A DNA stretch of 29,008 nucleotides from an uncultured Methanosarcinales archaeon (GTDB lineage Archaea; Nanobdellota; Nanobdellia; Woesearchaeales; JAGVZT01): assembly GCA_964419615.1 (NCBI GenBank), contig CAYQPU010000021.1:1-29008 (forward strand). Direction: 5' to 3'. The position numbers were made by a program, and so were the translations under genes. Below are positions 23,855 through 29,008 of this stretch, piece by piece; position 1 is the first letter of the stretch, and every line of letters begins with the position of its first letter. The notes beneath the pieces are model-generated. The model was not told the origin of the DNA, did no database searches, and saw only the letters and a list, made by a program, of their open reading frames with translations.

Positions 23855-24859
23855 ATGAATCCAAAATTTAGAGTAAACGAATCAAAAGGAGAAGTAACTA
23901 AACTTGACAAAATAGATAAGAAAATTCTTTGTGCAATGTTTTCCAGAAAAAGAAAAACACAAAAACAAATTGCAAAGCAAGCTCGAGTATCAAAGGAGGT
24001 TGTTAATTATAGACTTAGGAGACTTTCTGAAAATGGTGTTTTGAATGGAGCTGTCGTATTTATTGATACAACAAAACTAGGTTATAATGTAAATATTATG
24101 TATATCAAATTGCAAAAAATTGATCGTGAAAGACAAAAACAAATAATTAATCAGCTAAGCCAAAACAAATTTGTTAAAGTAGTTGCAACATGTACAGGAC
24201 CATGGGACATGTTTATCGTCTTTTGCTCTCACAACACAAAACATCAAAATGAAATAATAATTAATTTTCAAAATATATGTAAAAATAATCTAAAAAGGTA
24301 CAGACATGCAACAATACTACAAGAAGAATTCCTATCCCTTGATTATTTACACAGTACAAAATTTGGTACAACTGCAACAAAAGAAAATACAAAGCTTGAT
24401 AAAAAAGATTTAGAGATTCTATCAATTCTTTCTGTTGATGCATTCACGCCATTAGTTGAAATGGCAGAACAAGTAAAGCTGACACCAGAAGCAATAAGTT
24501 ACCGAATAAAAAAACTAACTAAATCAGGTGTGATACTCGGAATATTACCTTTAGTAAACATAAGCTTGCTTGGATATCACTGGTACACAGTATCTTTATT
24601 CCTACACAATCTCACAGACAAAAGACTAAACTCTTTAATCTATTACCTCAAAGAACACAAAAACATTGTTTGTGTAATCAGAACATTTGGACAATGGAAC
24701 TTAGAATTCGATATCCATGTTAAATCTAGCCCAGAATTCAGCAAAATACTAACAGATATCAGAGAAGAATATTCAGATATAATAAATGACTTTGAGTCAA
24801 ATCTTATTTTCTATGATTATAAGTATACTCATCTGCCAAACGGACTGTTAGAAAAATAA
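23855..24859 (+). CDS. Tandem (double) Lrp/AsnC-family regulator
   Basis: Two HTH+AsnC units (LDKIDKKIL...VNYRLRRL; LDKKDLEIL...ISYRIKKL); divergent from the racemase. Confidence 0.88.
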   Translation: MNPKFRVNESKGEVTKLDKIDKKILCAMFSRKRKTQKQIAKQARVSKEVVNYRLRRLSENGVLNGAVVFIDTTKLGYNVNIMYIKLQKIDRERQKQIINQLSQNKFVKVVATCTGPWDMFIVFCSHNTKHQNEIIINFQNICKNNLKRYRHATILQEEFLSLDYLHSTKFGTTATKENTKLDKKDLEILSILSVDAFTPLVEMAEQVKLTPEAISYRIKKLTKSGVILGILPLVNISLLGYHWYTVSLFLHNLTDKRLNSLIYYLKEHKNIVCVIRTFGQWNLEFDIHVKSSPEFSKILTDIREEYSDIINDFESNLIFYDYKYTHLPNGLLEK

Positions 24860-24878
24860 ATTAAAAAAAAAGAAAAAT

Positions 24879-25874
24879 CTACTTTCTTAGCTTGCTTACA
24901 AGGAAAACAATTCCAAACAACAAAGCACAAAACAGCACAATATAAACAATGTTCTTTAAAATTGTTATTAGCACCCAAAGCAGGATAAAGTGAACAACAG
25001 CCAGCACAATGCTTGCTATAAATATCACACCATCCACAGCGCCATCAATGAACTTACCAATCAAAGGTACCTTTCTGACAAAGTTCGACATAACTGAAAT
25101 TGGCCCAAAAATCATTCCATAGCCAACTAACAGGCAGACAAAAGTCAAGATCCTTAACATCAATGCAACAAATTTGTCTTGTGACTTTAGCTGTGTAAGA
25201 GTAGATTCATAATCTTTTGTTGAAAACAACAGGAATTTCTTCTTTCCACCATCTCTGATTGTTTGACCATCTGAAACACCTGCAACTAAAAGTTTAGATT
25301 CATCCTTAATGTATTTCATAGATTCCCTATGAGTTGAATCAATTTCTTTTGAGTATTGCTCATAACCAAGCACTTTTCCAAGAGAATCAACTTTGTAGTT
25401 TCCTAGAGTAAATGATTGAAATTCATTTTCTCTGACAACGACATTCCAATTGCTCTCTTTAACGAGGTAGCATTTTTCACATACTTCCTCATCATTACTG
25501 TCCTTTCTGCATTTCTCTCCTTTCTCTTCAATTAACTCTTGATTTGATCTTAAAGTACCGCAATGCTCTTTTGTTTCGTATTGCAGTTCTTCTTGTACGT
25601 AATTGAAATAAATACAATTGCCTTCAACTTTCCCTTTATAACAAGGAAGCTTTGAATCTGTGGTTGCTAATCCTTGGGTTCTAATAAACCCTGATTCTCC
25701 AGAAGTAGTTGAAACTTCAACTGCTCTTGAAAACACTTTTGCACTGTTCTGGCTCTCTGCATTCCAGAGCAAAAGTGAAGCAATAAACAATATCAATATC
25801 ACTCCTACAAACACGCCTGCTATACTTCTAAAAATATTACCTATCGGATTTGATAGGCCTTTTGTTCTTACCAT
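24879..25874 (-). CDS. TMEM43/DUF1625-like membrane protein
   Basis: SIAGVFVGVILILFIASLLLWNAE N-terminal TM, Cys-containing soluble domain, C-terminal TMs (LRILTF..GYGMIFGP..VPLIG); likely start 25874. Confidence 0.6.
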   Translation of the reverse strand: MVRTKGLSNPIGNIFRSIAGVFVGVILILFIASLLLWNAESQNSAKVFSRAVEVSTTSGESGFIRTQGLATTDSKLPCYKGKVEGNCIYFNYVQEELQYETKEHCGTLRSNQELIEEKGEKCRKDSNDEEVCEKCYLVKESNWNVVVRENEFQSFTLGNYKVDSLGKVLGYEQYSKEIDSTHRESMKYIKDESKLLVAGVSDGQTIRDGGKKKFLLFSTKDYESTLTQLKSQDKFVALMLRILTFVCLLVGYGMIFGPISVMSNFVRKVPLIGKFIDGAVDGVIFIASIVLAVVHFILLWVLITILKNIVYIVLFCALLFGIVFLVSKLRK

Positions 25875-25912
25875 ATTGTTTTTTTCCTCCAACAAATTAA
25901 CTAATTTGGTTC

Positions 25913-27109
25913 TTATTTCACATCTTTTTTGATTATTTCTCCTGGTAAAGTAGACTTTCCAGACCAAATTTTTCTTCCAGGATAAATAAGAGTATTAATA
26001 CCTGTATTTACATCATCTCCAAGACACGCGCCAAGTTTACGCCTGCCAGAATCAACTTTTTTACCATTAATCATTGTTTGATTATCTTTGCCGTCATGCC
26101 TGTAGTCTGCTGTAACAGTACCATAAGCAATATTACAGTTCTTTCCAATAACAGAATGTCCAATATAAGATGGGTGCTTTGCAGTTGTCCCATCCATAAC
26201 AATAGAATCAATAATCTCAGCTCTAGTTCTAACACCATCCATTACAATAGTATCTTTACGCAAATAAGCATGTGGTCCAATCTCACAATTCTTCCCAATA
26301 TAAACTGGCCCTTCAATATAAGATCCTGATTTAATAACAGAATCTTCTCCTAAAATCAGAACTCCCTTTACTGTAACATTATCCTCAACAACACCTTTAA
26401 TAACACTCTTTTTTAAACTTCTCAACATAAGAACATTAGCCTCCAGATAATTCCACCAATAACCAATTGGCAGCCAATAATCTGTAGTCTCAACCACTTT
26501 GACCTTGCTTGTTGACGCAAGCTTTGTTACCGCATCAGTAAGTTCATATTCATCTCTTTTCGACTTTTCCAAACTATCAATAATCCCAAATATTGATTTA
26601 TCAAAAACAAAAACCCCAATACTAACAAGATCAGACACAAACTTATCAGGTTTTTCAACAATCTCTTTAAGATCATTATCCTTATCAACAACCAAAACAC
26701 CAAATCTTGATGGATCATCAACTTTCTTTGCAAGCAAAGCAAAATCATATTCAATCAACTTTTTAATATCTTTTCTAGAATAAAGATCATCGCCATACAA
26801 CATAATGAACTTTCCTTTAATGTATTCTTTTGCAGCCAGCAATGCATTAGCTGTTCCCTTTTGCTCTTTTTGTTCAGTATAAACAATCTTGACTCCTTTA
26901 TAGTCCTCTCCAAGATAATCCATAATCTGCTCTTTTTTATAACCAACAACAATTACAACCTCATCAACAAATCCTTTAAGTTGATCAAGTGTATGTTCAA
27001 TAAGAGTTTTATCAAGAATCTTTAGCAATGTCTTTGGAGCATCTAGTGTAAGTGGAAAAGTCCTTGTTGATTTACCTGCTGCTAAAATAACCGCCTGCAT
27101 TTTACTCAC
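25913..27109 (-). CDS. glmU: Bifunctional sugar-1-phosphate nucleotidyltransferase/acetyltransferase (GlmU-like, archaeal type)
   Basis: LAAGKSTR..PL...PK, GTANA, YGDD, EKP, followed by hexapeptide repeats; operon with glmM and glmS. Confidence 0.8.
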   Translation of the reverse strand: MSKMQAVILAAGKSTRTFPLTLDAPKTLLKILDKTLIEHTLDQLKGFVDEVVIVVGYKKEQIMDYLGEDYKGVKIVYTEQKEQKGTANALLAAKEYIKGKFIMLYGDDLYSRKDIKKLIEYDFALLAKKVDDPSRFGVLVVDKDNDLKEIVEKPDKFVSDLVSIGVFVFDKSIFGIIDSLEKSKRDEYELTDAVTKLASTSKVKVVETTDYWLPIGYWWNYLEANVLMLRSLKKSVIKGVVEDNVTVKGVLILGEDSVIKSGSYIEGPVYIGKNCEIGPHAYLRKDTIVMDGVRTRAEIIDSIVMDGTTAKHPSYIGHSVIGKNCNIAYGTVTADYRHDGKDNQTMINGKKVDSGRRKLGACLGDDVNTGINTLIYPGRKIWSGKSTLPGEIIKKDVK

Positions 27110-28448
27110 CTATCTCTTTTTTAGCAATATCTGCTAATCTATCAACCATATCTGAAATTTGGTTAATATCTTCTCCTTCAATCATTATCCTTAATATGTT
27201 TTGTGTACCAGAATACCTAACTAAAGTTCTTCCTTTATCTCCAAGTTTAGTTTCAATTTCTTTTAGTGTTTTACTAAACTTAGGAATCTTGTTAAGGTCT
27301 GGCTTTGATTTAACATCAACATTAACTAACCTTTGTGGGAACTTCTCCATGCTCTTTGATAACTCAGAAAGTGTTTTTCCTGTTTTCTTCATAATCTTAA
27401 GTATTTTCAAAGCAGCAATAGTTCCATCTCCAGTCAAAGAATAATCAAAAAATATAATGTGACCAGACTGCTCACCACCAAGATTATATCCTCCTTTTGT
27501 CATTTCATCAATAACATACCTATCTCCATTCTTGACTCTAACAACTTTTCCACCAGCTTGATTAATAGCTTTATCCAGCCCCAAATTAGAATACTCAGTC
27601 ACAACCAAAGTTTCTTTTTTTAATTTATTTTTGCCTAGCATGTCAAGAGCTGCTATAGTTAAAATCTGATCTCCATCCACAACTTGTCCTTTCTCATCAA
27701 CCATAATAACTCTATCAGCATCACCATCAAGAGCTAAACCAACATCATAACCTTCATCAACAACAACCTTGCTAATCAACTCAGGATGAGTTGCCCCACA
27801 ATCTTTGTTGATATTAAGTCCGTCTGGATGATTATTCAAAACTAAAACTTTGGCTCCGAGCTCCTTTAAAATCAGTGGTGCAATCTTATAAGCTGCACCA
27901 TTTGCACAATCAATCACAATCTTTAAACCCTTAAGAGATCTATTATAAATCGCACTCTTAGCAAATTCAATATATCTACCTTGAGCATCATCAATCCTAT
28001 GGGCTTTCCCTACTTTGTCTCCATCTACATTATACTCATCCAAATCAGAAAAAAATAACTTTTCGATTTTTTCCTCAACTTCATCAGACAATTTTAAGCC
28101 ATTAGATGAAAAAAATTTAATCCCATTGTCGCTCGCAGGATTATGTGATGCACTAATAACTATTCCTGCGTCAGCTGCAAAAGATTTCACAAGGTGAGCA
28201 ACAGCTGGTGTTGGCATTGGACCAACAAGCATAACATCCCCTCCAACAGATATAATTCCAGACATAAGAGCAGCTTCAACCATATAACCTGAAAGTCTAG
28301 TATCTTTACCAATAATAAACTTAAGATTCTTTTTTCCATTCTTAAGCTCGATAGCTACGGCTTTACCCAATTTAATACAAGCTTTTGGAGTAATTGGATA
28401 TACATTTGCAGTCCCTCTAACACCGTCTGTGCCAAACAATTTTCTCAT
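27102..28448 (-). CDS. glmM: Phosphoglucosamine mutase
   Basis: FGTDGVRG, GKDTRLSG, VISASHNP (phospho-Ser), DGDADR, GGEQSGH, RYSGT. Confidence 0.93.
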   Translation of the reverse strand: MRKLFGTDGVRGTANVYPITPKACIKLGKAVAIELKNGKKNLKFIIGKDTRLSGYMVEAALMSGIISVGGDVMLVGPMPTPAVAHLVKSFAADAGIVISASHNPASDNGIKFFSSNGLKLSDEVEEKIEKLFFSDLDEYNVDGDKVGKAHRIDDAQGRYIEFAKSAIYNRSLKGLKIVIDCANGAAYKIAPLILKELGAKVLVLNNHPDGLNINKDCGATHPELISKVVVDEGYDVGLALDGDADRVIMVDEKGQVVDGDQILTIAALDMLGKNKLKKETLVVTEYSNLGLDKAINQAGGKVVRVKNGDRYVIDEMTKGGYNLGGEQSGHIIFFDYSLTGDGTIAALKILKIMKKTGKTLSELSKSMEKFPQRLVNVDVKSKPDLNKIPKFSKTLKEIETKLGDKGRTLVRYSGTQNILRIMIEGEDINQISDMVDRLADIAKKEIGE

Positions 28449-29008
28449 TTTACAGTCACGCTCTTTGCTAAGTTTTTAGGATAATCAGGATCATGTCCTT
28501 TTAGCACTGAAAGGAAATATGCAAGTAATTGATTTGGGACAAGGCAGGCAATAGGAGATGCTTGGTCCAAATCAGGAATCTTTATATGATAATCAAACAC
28601 ATCACTGTTTGTTGGAGACACACCTATTATAAATCCACCTCTTGCTTTGATTTCTCTTGCATTATTAATAATATCATCTCTTGAGTTATCATTGGGAGCA
28701 AGTACTACTACTGGTGAGTTTTTTTCAATCAATGCAATTGCATAATGTTTGAGTTCACCTCCTGCGATTCCTTCAGCATGTATATAGCTTACCTCTTGTA
28801 TTTTTATGCCACATTCAAGTGCTGTTGGATAACTAACACCTCTACCAATTATATAAATATCCTTTTTGCTACTAAGTCTTTTGGCTAGTTCTTTAATTTC
28901 CTTAATAAAATCTTTATTTAATAGCCTATTAACTTCTTGAGAAGCTTCAATATCAATATCTATTCCTTTTGAGTAATCCCCTTTAAATGCATTGGCAAGA
29001 ATAATCAA
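28445..29008 (-). CDS. glmS: Glucosamine--fructose-6-phosphate aminotransferase, C-terminal SIS region (partial)
   Basis: ALECGIKIQEVSYIHAEG..GGELKHYAIALI and C-terminal DPDYPKNLAKSVTV. Confidence 0.93.
   Translation of the reverse strand: MIILANAFKGDYSKGIDIDIEASQEVNRLLNKDFIKEIKELAKRLSSKKDIYIIGRGVSYPTALECGIKIQEVSYIHAEGIAGGELKHYAIALIEKNSPVVVLAPNDNSRDDIINNAREIKARGGFIIGVSPTNSDVFDYHIKIPDLDQASPIACLVPNQLLAYFLSVLKGHDPDYPKNLAKSVTVK

Noticed and set aside
797-26952. Numerous short antisense or alternate-frame ORFs in the track (e.g. 797-988, 4120-4389, 6417-6755, 12704-12997, 15038-16854, 21217-21894, 22181-22537)
   Set aside because: They are shadows of well-supported genes or of tRNA genes, with no motifs or start signals.
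23067-29008. Peptidoglycan biosynthesis cluster, implying the contig is bacterial (CPR)
   Set aside because: No mur, ddl or mraY genes; the flanking markers (BHB introns, TATA/BRE promoters, DRG, archaeal AbrB-PhoU, class III signals) are archaeal.

Overview
AT-rich archaeal chromosomal segment, most likely DPANN (Woesearchaeota-like; inference). Evidence: TATA/BRE promoters, BHB-spliced tRNA introns, DRG GTPase, TrmI, Lrp regulators and KRGQ/KSQ class III signal peptides. Left to right: a TctA-like gene start; an MGE-like patch of small ORFs with an RHH protein and a split RelA/SpoT-type small alarmone synthetase; a RelBE-type TA pair; Nudix; AbrB-PhoU; Lrp; a Bro-N gene between duplicated Lrp 3' ends; a full-length bacterial-type SecA; two distant NTase-like paralogues; an Asn-synthase-like gene; DRG; tRNA-Lys(CTT); two paralogous large surface proteins; tRNA-Cys(GCA); tRNA-Arg(TCT); a GC-rich structured element; trmI; a racemase with a divergent Lrp; a TMEM43-like gene; glmU-glmM-glmS. 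Four observations stand out. (1) A modular, pilin-signal-anchored surface protein family carries different C-terminal hydrolases: a GH25 muramidase, and an HExxH peptidase behind a single in-frame TGA, with an orphan NAGPA-like fragment nearby. This suggests attack on bacterial walls. (2) Long (87-146 nt), mutually homologous, highly structured introns sit at T-loop 59/60 of all three tRNAs, with a related one in the D-loop of tRNA-Arg. (3) An intact SecA lies under an archaeal promoter. (4) An alarmone-synthetase domain is out of frame with its upstream ORF. All protein calls come from motif recognition by eye; no database search was run.
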